Assembly: GCF_009914755.1 (NCBI RefSeq)
Contig: NC_060929.1
DNA: 64,000 bases
Strand: one strand, 5' to 3'
Origin: the human T2T-CHM13v2.0 reference genome, Homo sapiens
Part shown: positions 12,004 through 27,124 of the stretch, piece by piece
Position numbering within the stretch: the stretch's first letter is position 1
Layout of the letters: every line of letters begins with the position of its first letter
The notes under the pieces: generated by a model
Seen by the model: only the letters and a program-made list of their open reading frames with translations
Told to the model about the DNA's origin: nothing
Database searches by the model: none
Position numbers and translations under genes: made by a program

Positions 12004-13394
12004 TATTTATAGAGTTTACTCTGTTTGAGACGCCTCCCTCTTATTTAATGTAATGTAAGCCTCAAGTCCTGGGATGCACTTACTATTATTAGTATGATTT
12101 GAAGACCTGGGAACTCTCCTTGGTGGAGTCTCGCTCTTCTTGTTTGGGACAGTTCTTTTGGTAAAGCCATCATATGGCCTCTTGGAAGGGCCTGCCATGT
12201 TCCTCTCCTTGCATGTGTAGTGGTGAACTCAGGACTCCATCCGAGTCATATGATCCCATGAGGTACAGAAGTAGAGAGTGAAGACAAACATGTTTAGGAG
12301 TGGGTGAGAGTAGATATTTTTTTAAAAGGGCTTAATGTCCCAGCCTTTGCCAGAGGCATGACAGTGCCTTATGCAACCAAAGTAAATGGGCATTCTCAGA
12401 GTTACTGGTAAAGATTGATGCAAGAATATCATTGCTGATCATAACTGTACTGTTTTCTGAACTGAGCAGAGCTTCTACTGACAGGCCAAAAAGAAAGAAA
12501 GAAGCACACGCTCAGGTCAGTGATTCTCCAGAAGACCTCGGCAGACCCAGCGCTACATATTTGCTCTCAGCCTAGAGCCGTGAGATGCATTCTGTCACCT
12601 TACGTCAACTCTCTGAAGACATCCTCAGTTACTCAAAATCTCAGAAGTGCCGAATGTTGGATATCTTCTAAGAAAGTGTGTGGACCACCTGATTTCTCAT
12701 CAGATACCTGTTTTTCCATGGTTCCTCCACTCCCATTCCCAATGGGAGTTCTGCACATACAACCACCTACATTTTATTTCAAATTTATATTAATAAAATT
12801 CTATAACTGTAATATTTTATGCTTTTAAGAATGATAAAATAGTCTATATTTTATCTTCCAGTTTAAAATATCTGCTAATACAACATAGTTTAATGGTTGA
12901 CCTCGGTCTAAACTATAGATATTTTGACTTCAAATTCCATGTTATTTTTTCTACTTCTTGGGAGCTGCCTTTATATATAGTTCAACATGGCCCTTCTCTG
13001 GCAGAGGTCAAGAGTCCACCTTTTTGAAGTACCTGGTATTCCCTTATCAGGTGCTGGCTTCTGGGCCAAAAGACATACCTGGTCTATGATTAATATGTGG
13101 CAGGCCGTTGGTGAATGACAAGAAGGGCCTCTTTCTTCACAGTTGGCCTGCCCTTACTCCCATAGAATAGCAGTATTCTTTTTTATGCTCAACGTTCCGT
13201 TTATTTATTCCATAAACTTTTGTATCTTTTAGAACACCAAGCACAGGTACCATAAACAGAATCTATTTTAACCAAACATATCAAAATCTGGCCCAGAGGC
13301 TAAGTTCGAGGTTCTCAAGAAACTTATTTCCAACTTCAGCTACCAAATTTTAAAGTTCTTATGCTTTCAAGTTTGACATTTAAAAGTACACCAT

Positions 13395-15582
<2,188 letters not shown>

Positions 15583-15598
15583 TAATTATTTAATTTCT

Positions 15599-15990
15599 TA
15601 GTCTTAGTTGGTTCAGGCTGCTGTAGCAAGCTTACCATTGACTGGGTGGCTTAAATAGCAAACATTTAATTCTCACAGTTCTGGGGCCTGGAGGTCTGAG
15701 ATCAGGCTGCCAGCATGGTTGGGTTTGGGGTGAGGGTCTTATTCTAGGCTCACAGATGGCTACTTTCTTACAGTGCCCTCACATGGCACTGCCCTCACAG
15801 AGGGAGAGATTGGGCGGCTGGGGAAGAGAGAGACGTGCTCCTTATATAAGAACACTTATCACGAGGGCTCCACCCTCCTGATCTAATCACCTCTCAGAGG
15901 GCCCGCCTCCTAGTACCATCTCATTAGAGATCACTGAGGGTTCAGATTTCAACACAGACATTTTTTGGACACAGACATTCGGTTCATTAC
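15599..15990 (-). mobile_element. MaLR solo LTR, MLT1A/MSTD-like
   Basis: GTCTTAGTTGGTTCAGGCTGCTGTAGC...CTGGGTGGCTTAAA...CTCACAGTTCTGG...GGGCTCCACCCTCCTGATCTAATCACCTC. Confidence 0.8.
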
Positions 15991-16009
15991 TCGGTCGTTA
16001 TACACTCTT

Positions 16010-17680
16010 CTAAAACCAGTGATCCTGCTAAGAGAACATAACAGGTGTCCTTGACCTACCAAGTCAAATATACATAAGCAGGTTCACTCCTTTGCACTCA
16101 GTGCAGGAAATTCAGGCTGCCCTAACTCCATTTAGCTTCCTCCCACCTTATGTATTATTATGGCCATTTATTTTAATTCTGCATTATTGTCGTTTTAATC
16201 AACAATTCTGTTTAGATTTACTCACATATTTCAAGCTTCACCTCTCTTCCTTCTTCAGGTTTTAGCAGCAGATGAATACATTTCCTTGAGCATTTTCTTC
16301 AGTGTGGTTCCAATGCTGACACATTCTGTCAATTTTGTTTGTCCCAATGTGTCTTAATTTTACTTTTGTCTTTGAGATATATTTTTCTAGAACCTAACTA
16401 AATTTAAAATCTTGTTGTTTTTTTTTTTGAATTTGAAGATATCTTTTTATTCTCTTCTGGTTTTTATATCATTTCGAGTGAGACATTTGTTTTAAGTCTT
16501 ATGGAGACCACTTCGAAAGTAATTTTCTTTTTTTCTCTGCTTGCTTTTTCTTTTGTTTTTAGGGATTTTTCCATCCTGTGTCTAGGTGTGGTGTTTTGCA
16601 TTTATCTTGTTTGGGGTTTGTAGAACTTCTTGAATATGTGGCTTGAGGGCTTCCATCAATTTTGGAAAATTATTATTTTTTGCTTCTTTATTTTTCTCTT
16701 GTGTTTCTGGAAATTCAGTTATAAGTAATGTAGACCATCTTACCACATCTCTGCATCTCTTCTGTTCTTTCTGTAATTCTCATTACATTGTCTGGATAAT
16801 TCTTTCTGACCTATCTCAGTTTAATAATTTCATCTTTAGCTTTTTATAATTTTCTCTTAAATCCATTAGCATGCTGTTATTGCAGTCCTAGAACATCCAC
16901 TTGGATTTAGAAAAACAGTTTCTGGTTCTCTACAGGAATTCTCAGTGTAGCCTTTATTTCCTTAAATGTATTAACCCTTGCTATTTTGAAGTCTGTATCT
17001 GATAATGCCATTATCTGACTCACTTATGGGTGTACTATTTCTCTTTATTTTAAATAATTTTTTCTTATCTCCTTATGCATAATAATTTTAGACTGGGCAT
17101 AGGCATTGTATTTGAAAACTTGTAGAGCTAATTTGAGTCTCTGGATGATGCCATCTTTCTACACAGAGGGTTTCAATTGGCTACCAGAGGGTAACTAGGC
17201 TAGGGAGTTCGAAGGCCAGGATTACTTTGACTCCTCAGGGATCGGCATGGCTCAAAGCTTGGATACTGATTTTGTCTGAGAGTCAGTGTGTTTCTGGTTG
17301 CTCTTAATTCTATAATATAACTCTTTGATGTCCCAGCCTAAATCATAGGTGCTTACCATAGCCACCGTCTGTACCTGAAGTGCCTTAAATTCCAGTTTCT
17401 GTCTCTGTCTCTGGGAATCTGTCAAGGGCTCTGTTCATCTTTACTTGTTCTGCAGCTTATTTCAGAATAAAGAGAAGCTTTTAGGGGTAAAATTGGCCCA
17501 CATGCCAGAAACACCTGTCTATGTTTTATTTTTCTCTCAAACCTTGGCTGGGTAAATTTTTATTACTACATTAGCTTTCTGACACCTTTAAATACATTTG
17601 AACAGTATTTTCTCAGATTTTCTTCTTGTTCACATTGAGGAGGATTCATCTGATATTAGCAGAGGTGGAAGTCATCTATA
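16010..17680 (-). mobile_element. Very old L1M/HAL1 ORF1-region relic
   Basis: T-rich antisense ORF1-like text (TGTGTCTAGGTGTGG...TTTATCTTGTTTGGGGTTTGTAGAACTTCTTGAATATGTGG...CATCAATTTTGGAAAATT). Confidence 0.6.
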
Positions 17681-18169
17681 TAGCGATATCTTAACCGCAT
17701 ATTAGATAAATCTATTTCACAAGAATGTTGTACATATGCACGGGAAAGTATTAGGACCCACCCATGTAGCTAAGCTCCCGAGACCCTGCCCCTCTCCCAC
17801 CAGCCCTCTCCTCCCTGGTTGTGATCGTGCTAAAAAAGATAGTGCCCGCATAACAATGCCATCCTTTTGCTCTGAAATGTTCACAGCATTGGGACATCTG
17901 CCCGCTTTGATGTTTTTCTGTTATTAACTGCCTATGAGATCAGCATGGAGACTGTCATGCCTCAGACACTGCGTGGACCACCTGGAGGTTCCACCTGTGA
18001 TCGCACCTGCCCTAGAAACTGCAGTCCTGGCCACCACCACCCCTTCCTCCTTGAAGATGGCTTTCATGCTCAGGTTTCATCACAGCCCTCATCCAAGTCT
18101 GCCTTGGTTGCAGTGCACATGGCAGCTGATGATTGGAAACCATGCTGGTTCACTGTTACGGCTGTCATT

Positions 18170-18405
18170 TGCTGGACCATTACCGTGTGCCTGACACTGC
18201 CATTAAGTGCTCTCCTTATAGGTCTCGATTACTTCTCACATCATTCAGCAATTTCATCTTTCTATGTCCACTTTACAGATTAGGAAATAGCCCCAGGAGA
18301 TTAGTTTGATTGCCCAAGATTATACAGGAAGACTGTGGAGGATCCCAGGAGTGGACTCTGGCTGGGCTGACTCCAAAACCTGTGCTTCTGAGCCTTGCGC
18401 CTTAC
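18170..18405 (-). mobile_element. MIR
   Basis: GTGTGCCTGACACTG...CACTTTACAGATTAGGAAA...TTGCCCAAGAT...TGACTCCAAAACC. Confidence 0.65.
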
Positions 18406-18711
18406 TGCTTTGTTTAAGCACTTTGTGCAAAGAAAATCACCTCAGTTTCTAGAAAAGACAATTTAGGGGCAGAGAGGGACTCATCCCCATGTATGAGCAA
18501 TGTTCAACACTATCTACTTTGATTTTATTTAATAGCACTTTAATCAAGGAAACTCAAACTTATTATCACCTGCAGGTAGACAAGTAGTACATTTTATAGA
18601 CTTTCTTTACTGCTTTTTATTTGTTTTTGGTTTTTTTTTGGATTTCTTTTTGCTTGAAGATGGATAATTTCAAACTCCCTGGATAAATTTTCCCTCTGTA
18701 TATGTGTATAA

Positions 18712-19059
18712 ATGTCATGTACCACAGAATGACATTCCAGTCAACAACAAACCACATACATGAGGATGAGCTCATAAGATTATAACACGATATTTTTACT
18801 ATACCTTTTCTATGTTTGGATATGTTTAAATACACAAATGCTTATCACTGGGTTGCAATTGCTTACAGTATTCAGTATAGTCACCTGCTGTACAGGTTTG
18901 TAGCCCAGGAGTGATACACTGTTCCCTGTAGCCTAGGTGTGTAGTGGGCTGTACCATCAAGGTTTGTGTAAGTCCACTGTATGATGTTCACACAACAATG
19001 AAATCACCAAATGACCCATGTCTCAGAACATATCCCAGTTGTCAAGTGACACATGACTG
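18712..19059 (+). mobile_element. Tigger3a/MER7-type TcMar-Tigger MITE
   Basis: GTCATGTACCACAGAATGAC...CATAAGATTATAA...CTGTACAGGTTTGTAGCCCAGGAG; terminal GTCAAGTGACACATGACTG is the inverted counterpart of the left end. Confidence 0.85.
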
Positions 19060-19063
19060 TGTA

Positions 19064-20814
19064 TGTGATGGGTAATTTTATGTGTCAATTTGGCTAGATC
19101 ATGGCAACCAGTTTTTGGTCAACCCCAAAATGTTGCTATGAGCCTGTTTTTCAGATGTGAGTCACATTTAATCAGTATTCCTGAAACTGTAAAACTGCTA
19201 GAAGAAAATAGGGGAAAGCTCCACAAGATTGTTCTGGGCAATGATTTTCTGGATATGACTGCAAAAGCCCAGACAACAAAAGTAAAAAATAGATAAATAG
19301 GATTAGATCAAAGTAGAAGTCCCTGCACAGCAAAGGAAACAATTAACAAAGAGGCAACCCACAGTATGGTGTGGTAGAAAATGTTTGTAAACCGTACATC
19401 TGATAAAGAGTTAATATCCAAAATATACAAGGAATTCAACACCTCAACAGTAAGATGACAAAAAACCCTATTAAAAAGTTGGCAAAGGACCTGAACAGAC
19501 ATTTCTCCAAAGAAGACATACAGATGTCCAATAGATTCATGAAAAATGCTCAACATCACCAGTCATCAAGGGGATGCAAATTAAAGCCACGAGGAAATAT
19601 CACCTGACCCATGTTAGTATGGCTATAATCAAAAAGATGAAAGATCACAAGTACTGGTGAGAACTCAGAGAAAAGAGAATCCTGGTACACTGTCACTGGG
19701 GGAGTAAATGAGTGCAGCCATTATGGAAAATAGTATGGAACTGCCTCAAAAAACTAAAAATAGAACTACCATGTGATTTAGCAATCCCACTTCTGTGTAT
19801 CTATCCAAAGGACTTGAAATCAGGATCTAAAAGAGACATCTGCACTCCCGTGTTCACTGCAGCCTTATTTACAATAGCCAAGAATGAATGAATTAATTCA
19901 TTCTTGAATGAATGTAAGTTTCCATTAGACCAAGAAGAAAGACAATGTGGTGCACATACACAATGGAATATTATTCAGCCTTAAAAAAGGAAGAAGGTAA
20001 TTCTGTCATTCGCAACAAAATGGATGAACCTGGAGGACATTAGGCTCAGTGAAATAAGCCAGGCAGCGAAAGGCAAGTACTATGTGATCTCACTTATATG
20101 TGGGATCTAAAACAGCTAAACTCATAGAAAGAGAGTGTAGGACAGTGGTCACCAGAGCCTCAGTGGCAGGAAAGTGAATGGGGAGATGTTGGTGAAAGGG
20201 TGCAAAGTTTGGAATAAGTTTTCCAGATCTATCGCCCAGCAAGGTGACTATTGTCAATAAGAATGTACTGTGTATTTCAAAATAGCTAAGAGTAAATTTC
20301 AAACATCTTACCATAAAAATGATAAGTGAGATGTTGAATATGTTTATTAGTTTGACCGAATCATTCCATGATATATGTAAATCAAAACATCATATTGCAC
20401 CCCACAAATGTATATAATTATGATTTTTCTCATTAAAAAACTAATAAAAAGCATTAAATCAGTAGACTGAGAGAAGTAAATTACCCGCTATAATAGGGGT
20501 GGGGCTTATCCAATCAGTGGAGGCCTTAGTTGGAAAAGACTGACCTCTCTCAGAAAAAGAGGGAATTCTACCTCTCTATTGCCTTTGGACTTGAGCTGCA
20601 ACATCACCTCCTCCCTGGATCCCCTGCTTACTGGCCTGCCCTGCACATTTCAGACTTGCCAGCACTTACAAATGAGTGAGGCAATTCCTCCTTAAAATAA
20701 ATCTCTACCTCTATCTCTATTTCTATCTCTATATGTGTGTGTGTGTGTGTGTGTGTGTATACACACATTACACATCCTATTGGTCTGTTTCTGTGGAGAA
20801 CCCTGCCTAATGTA
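19064..20814 (+). mobile_element. ERVL MLT2 solo LTR split by an L1MA (pieces 19064-19177 and 20452-20814), with (TG)n at ~20733-20758
   Basis: Start TGTGATGGGTAATTTTATGTGTCAATTTGG; end CCTATTGGTCTGTTTCTGTGGAGAACCCTGCCTAAT. Confidence 0.85.
19178..20451 (+). mobile_element. 5'-truncated L1MA
   Basis: ORF2 end and 3' UTR (CAGACATTTCTCCAAAGAAGACATAC; GCAATCCCACTTCTG; ATGGATGAACCTGGAGGACATT), A-rich tail; TSD CATT(T/A)AATCAGTA at 19165-19177 / 20452-20464. Confidence 0.9.
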
Positions 20815-21759
20815 TTTGTGTGAATGAGTATTTCATTTGTGAGTAGATTATTGAGTCTCAAGCCTTTGTAGACATATTCACATTTAATGCCGCTCATGTC
20901 CTGGGGAAAATCTCTGTGAGCAGAGCATGATTTTCTGTGGGCCATTAGAAACAGTGTTCTAGTAGCCCACTATTGAACACTGGAATGGTTTTCCAAAATC
21001 TCAATGCATAGTATTATTTTTAAATGGTCAAAAACACTCTGTGGAGCACATGCAAGAATGCTGTATAATAGAATGGTTTCCGAAGCAATGTAGAAGAACT
21101 ACATGAACTCATGGAATCATGAAAACTTTAAGTGAAGAGAAAAACTTAGGTTCTGGCACCAATCCCTCTCATTTGGAACTGAGAAAATGGGGAACCAATT
21201 AGGGCTTGGGACTTACTCAAGACCTCTCTGCAGGGGACTTCATTTCTGACGCTCCCAAAGTAGTCTGTGGGCCTCAAGGCCTTCTGTGTGATGGAAGCTG
21301 CCCAGAGCTGCAAAGCTCCCTGAACAGGGCCTGCAGGGGCTGCAGGGGCTCTGCTGGCTTCAGGAGTATGGAGGACCAGCCCACAGATGGTGGCCACCCA
21401 CTGCTGTAGGCTGTAGTGAAGACCAGGGGTTGGGTGAGTGGACGAGGGTGGTTCTGGATCCTTCAGTCACATCACTATGGATTGAGGGTATAACATTAAG
21501 CAACATTTAAAATTTAGCTCCTCACACTAAATACCTAATCATAAAAAAGAGCATGATTTGGAATTTATGCCATGATATTTAACTATGATTTAGATACATG
21601 AAAACCACTATTGGGAAAATAGCCATCTGTAGATGAATAATTAGTGTGTGCACTTATAATGAACAAAAATTCTGTTAGAATTCTGAACACAAGGAATTCC
21701 TGGAGATGAGAAAAAGCCCCTGGATAAGGAGGAAACTCACTGTTACTGGATATCTCGCC

Positions 21760-21960
21760 TGGGTTACGCACTCTATATTAATGATTGCATGTCATTTTCA
21801 CAAAAACTCAAAGAAATAGGTATTATTATACCTGCTTAGAGATTGTGAAAATTAAGCTCAACTGGTTTAAGGAATTCAGCCAGGTTTTTCGAGCTGGTGA
21901 AGGTAGCTCATTCCCACTCAACTTTAGGCATGCTAAAAGTAGGCCATCTACCATCTCTTC
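21760..21960 (-). mobile_element. MIR
   Basis: AAATAGGTATTATTATACC...GAAAATTAAGCTC...GGTTTAAGG...CAGCCAGGT. Confidence 0.5.
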
Positions 21961-21967
21961 ACTATCA

Positions 21968-22198
21968 CAGGGGTAGGGACACTTCTCATGTAAAGGACCA
22001 GACAGCACAGTGTTTAGGCTTTGTGGACTATACAGTGTCTGCTCAACTATCCAATGCTGCCATTGTAACAAGAAGGCAGCCTTGTATTATATAAGCAATA
22101 TATCAATGAATGAACTTGGCTGTGTTCCAGTAAAACCTTATTTATAAGAACAGGAGGTGGGATGAATTTGGTTTACTGGCTGCAGTTTGCTGACCCGG
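21968..22198 (+). mobile_element. MER58A hAT-Charlie MITE
   Basis: CAGGGGTAGGGACAC...GTAAAGGACCAGA...GGCTGTGTTCCAGTAAAACCTTATTTA...CAGTTTGCTGACCC. Confidence 0.8.
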
Positions 22199-22404
22199 AT
22201 CTATCACCTTGTCCTTGAGGATGGTTGACTTAGCTGATGGGCTTTTATCCATCACTGTGTGAATATATATTATGTACCTGTGAATGTTGGATAAACTCCA
22301 GCTCATTAATAATGACATTGTTAGTGTCCAGCCAACACTGTGTTTACGGTTGAGAATATGATGCTTTTACTCACTTAAGTCTTACATTGAACAGATTGCT
22401 CTTT

Positions 22405-23078
22405 TGTATTAGTCCATTCTTACACTGCCATAAAGATACTACCTGCAAGCTGTCAGTGGATGTACCTTTCTGGCGTCTTAAGGTTGGTGGCCCTCTTTTC
22501 ACAGCTCCACTAGGCAGTGCCCCAGTGGGGACTCTGTGTAGCAGCTCCAACCCCACATTTCCCTTCTGCACTGCCCTAGCAGAGGTTCTCCATGAGGGTT
22601 CTGCCCCTACAACAAACTTCTGCCTGGACATCCAGTTCCAAAGTCACTTCCATATTTTCAGGTTATCTTTATAGCAGTGCCCCACTCTGCTGGTACCAAT
22701 TCTCTATTATTAGTCTGTTCTCACATTGCTATAAAGATACTACCTGAGACTGGGTAAGTTATAAATAAAAGAGGTTTAATTGACTCACAGTTCTGCATGC
22801 CTGGGGAGACCTCAGGAAACTTACAGTTGTGGTGGAAGGTGAAGGAGAAGCAAGCAAGCACCTTCTTCACATGGTGTCAGGAGAGAGAGGGAGAAGGGGG
22901 AGCTGCCAACCACTTATAAACCACGAGCTCTGGTGAGAACTCACTCACGGTCATAAGAACAGCAATGGCGGAAACTGTTCCTGTGATTCAGTCACCTCCC
23001 ACCAGGTTCCACCCTTGAAACATGCGGATTACAATTCGAGATGAGATTTGGGTGGGGACACACAGCCAAACAATATCA
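22405..23078 (-). mobile_element. Internally deleted MSTA-like MaLR provirus (LTR stub + two internal fragments + complete LTR)
   Basis: LTR end at 22405-22445; MST/THE1 internal text at 22446-22704 (CAGCTCCACTAGGCAGTGCCCCAGTGGGGACTCTG; TTCCAAAGTCACTTCC...GGTACCAAT); full LTR at ~22705-23078; CTTT on both flanks. Confidence 0.85.
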
Positions 23079-24003
23079 CTTTTCCCTTCAGTTGAGGCAT
23101 CAGCATTGCATTGGACTTCTTAGAATATGAAGTCATTCTAGTAGGGTTCCAAGTATCTTTATTTTCAAAGTAATTTGTCTTTCAGATGTTCAGTGTGAAT
23201 TCTCTAGGGCAGAATTCTCACTGAATGTTGGACAAGGATCGGGAGTAAGTGCTTTTCTGACTGACAACCATTGCAGCCGTCATGACGGGCTGGGAGATGC
23301 CTCATTTGGCAATACAGAATGTGCAGCAGAATTAGACAGGCTGCCCAGGGGACACGACAGATAGGGATGGAAGCAGTATTGAAACAACCAGATGGACAGG
23401 ATGAAGCACTTGATCTTCTACAGCATCTCTCTCTTTTTTTTTTTTTATCTCTTTAAAGGGCTGGGTGAAGAGGGAGTGGGGCCACCATCAGCACCATCAG
23501 GGAAGCAGACTATGAAATCAATGTTTTAGGCACCTTCATGTGTTGGCCTTTGGGCATCCATAATAAGGAGCATTTACCTTAGTTTGGCTGCTGTTTGTCT
23601 TTGGAGTCAGACAAGAAAGAGATTAATAGAAGAACAATGCTATTTCACTGTTTGGATGTGAGAAAACCAGCAAGCTTCCAATATCATGTTTTATCCAGCT
23701 TGGATTTCCCTACCCTCAGTGTCATGATGGTCCTTTGAAGCAAAACAGGATGGGTTGCCCCTCACGTGGAGCCCTTATGCATGCATTGTTCTCAGTGACA
23801 AAAGGAGGCTTAGAGGTTAGTGTAGACGCCGCTGTGCAGAACCAGCCACTGCCCTGGAAGGCGATCAACATTCATCAGGGAGAGGATGCATGCACCCCTG
23901 CTTGGGGGAAAAGCCTACCTTTCCAGCTGTCTGCAAGCTCCTGGTTGGTCTGACTTTGCTCTCTACAGCTGGAATTCTCAGATGTGAGGTGTGGACTTGT
24001 TGA

Positions 24004-24328
<325 letters not shown>

Positions 24329-24614
24329 TCTTTTTAATGGCAGCAGTGGCAGTGTGATAACTCTTTCCTATTCACAAGCCACACATTCAAGAAGCTTTGG
24401 AAGGACATTGTAAATCATGGGGAAACATTCACCTTTCAATGACTTCCATTTTGAAGGAGACATCTGTCTTTGGTTTAGGAGCTCGTCAGAAGATTTCTAT
24501 AAATAGCAATATTAGGAACAAGAGAGTAAATAAAGTTATGCACTAACACTGACTCGGTGATGCACAATGCACAGAGTTAGACTCGAGATTGGTGTTGGTT
24601 GGGGTTGGCTTTTA

Positions 24615-24920
<306 letters not shown>

Positions 24921-24947
24921 GGAGTTGGCTTTTAAAAGGAAAGCAGA

Positions 24948-25266
<319 letters not shown>

Positions 25267-25318
25267 CTATATGTCTGGGTACATGCATGCATTAGCATAC
25301 ATTCTGTAGTTGTGCAGG

Positions 25319-25570
25319 TATTACAGATTAAATTGTTTCCCCCCAAATTCATATGTTGGAATTCTAACCCCCAGTACCTCAGACTGTGTCATTATCTGGA
25401 AGCAGGGTCATTGCAGGTGTGTTAGTTAAGATGAAGCCTTACTGGAGTAGGGTGGGCTCTTAACCAATATGACTGGCACCCTGATAAATGGGGAATCTGG
25501 ACACGAGTACATGGATACAGGGAGAATGCTGTGTGAACATGAAGGCAGACACAACAGTGACACTCCCACC
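25319..25570 (+). mobile_element. MLT1B-like LTR, 5' part
   Basis: CCCCCAAATTCATATGTTGG...CTAACCCCCAGTACCTCAGA...GTTAAGATG...CTGGAGTAGGGTGGGC. Confidence 0.75.
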
Positions 25571-25803
25571 AAGGTGCTCTGCTAAGACAGCCCTGGCAAA
25601 CTTGTCCAGGGTGCTCTGTATATTATATACCCATCTTTATATACATGTTATAGACATGTGTGTGTGCAGCATACATGTACACACACATTGAATGTGTCTT
25701 CCAAATATATAAAGAAGATCAGTCACGCCCCTACCCATACTCCAAAGTCCTTGTAGCCTTCCCTCTTCACAGGCCCAAGAGCAGTCTGGGATTATAGGCA
25801 ACC

Positions 25804-26208
25804 TGTAGTAGTCCATTTTCACGCTGCTGATAAAGACATATCCGAGACTGGACAATTTACAAAAACAAAAACAAAACAAAAAAACAAAAAAACGAAAAAC
25901 AAAACAAGTTTATTGGACTTACAGTTTGAAATGGCTGGGAAGACCTCACAGTCATGGTGGAAGGCAAGGAGGAGCAAATCACATCTTACATGGATGGTGG
26001 CAGGCAAAGAGGGAGCTTGTGCAGGGAAACTCCCATTTTTAAAACCATCAGATCTCATGAGACTTATTCACTATCATGAGAACAGCATGGGAAAGACCTG
26101 CCCCCATGATTCAATCATCTCACACATGTGAGTCCCTCCTACAACATGTGGAAATTATGGTAGCTACAAGATAAGATTTGGGTGGGGAAACAGAGCCAAA
26201 CCATATCA
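25804..26208 (-). mobile_element. THE1C-like solo LTR with an internal (CAAAA)n expansion
   Basis: TGTAGTAGTCCATTTTCACGCTGCTGATAAAGAC...CAGAGCCAAACCATATCA; perfect 5-bp TSD CAACC. Confidence 0.92.
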
Positions 26209-26504
26209 CAACCCCAGCTGACACACTTGCCCCTCTTTTTCTGTTCCCATCTGATGCTGAAGGTGCCCTGCTGCTACTTCTCAATGGTCTGCTTCCCATC
26301 CTTTGGTCATATCTGAAGAGCCCTGGTGGGACATAAGCGGACTTCTGGGTATGTACATTGTCCTGTGCAGAGTCTTTGGGAACTCTGCTGAACACTGTCT
26401 CCACCAGTTAAGAAGTGAATATTTGATCCCAGTCTTAAAAATATTCAGGTTCCTAAGGAGGAAGTAACATCAGGAACAGGAACAATTTCGAGCGGGAACA
26501 ATTT

Positions 26505-26780
26505 CTATTCTCTCCCTCCTCCCAACTTCCATCCTCCAGTAGGCCCAGTGTGTGTTGTTCCCCTCCATGTGTCCATGTGTTCTCGTCATTTAGCTCCTAC
26601 TTATAAGTGAAAATGTGCTGTATTTGGTTTTCTGTTCCTGTATTATATTTCTAAGGATAATGGCCTCCAGCTCCACCAATGTTCCTGCAAAAGACATGAT
26701 TTTGTTCTTTTTTATGGCTGCATAGTATCCCATGATATATATGTACCACATTTTCTTTATCCATTCCACCATTGATGGGT
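26505..26780 (-). mobile_element. L1PA 3' fragment
   Basis: ORF 26590-26793 contains WIKKMWYIYIMGYYAAIKKN...ELEAIIL, the L1 ORF2 end. Confidence 0.88.
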
Positions 26781-26818
26781 GTACTCGATGCAAATAATCC
26801 CTGTTGTGTGCTCTTAAT

Positions 26819-27124
26819 CAGGGGTCCCAACCCCTGGGCCATGGACCAGTACTGGGCCATGGCCTGTAAGGAACCAGGCCACACAGCAGGAGGTGAGTGG
26901 CAGGTGAGTGAGCATTACTGCCTGAGCTCCACCTCCTGTCAGATCAGTGGTGGCATTACATTCTTACAGGAGCTCAAACCCCACTGTGAAATGTGCATGA
27001 AGGATCTAGGTTGCACACTCCTTGTGGGATAGTTTTATCTTGAAACCATTCCCCCTTCTCTGTCCATGGAAAAATTGTCTCTCATGAAACTGGTCCCTTA
27101 TGCCAAAAAGGCTGGGGACTGCTG
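26819..27124 (+). mobile_element. MER1B hAT-Charlie MITE
   Basis: CAGGGGTCCCAACCCCTGGGCCATGGACCAGTACTGG...GAAACTGGTCCCT...GCCAAAAAGGCTGGGGACTGCTG. Confidence 0.88.

Noticed and set aside
11510-12028. 172-aa Met/Val-rich hydrophobic ORF
   Set aside because: By-product of the (GAT/GGT)n repeat, which lacks stops in that frame; no domain structure.
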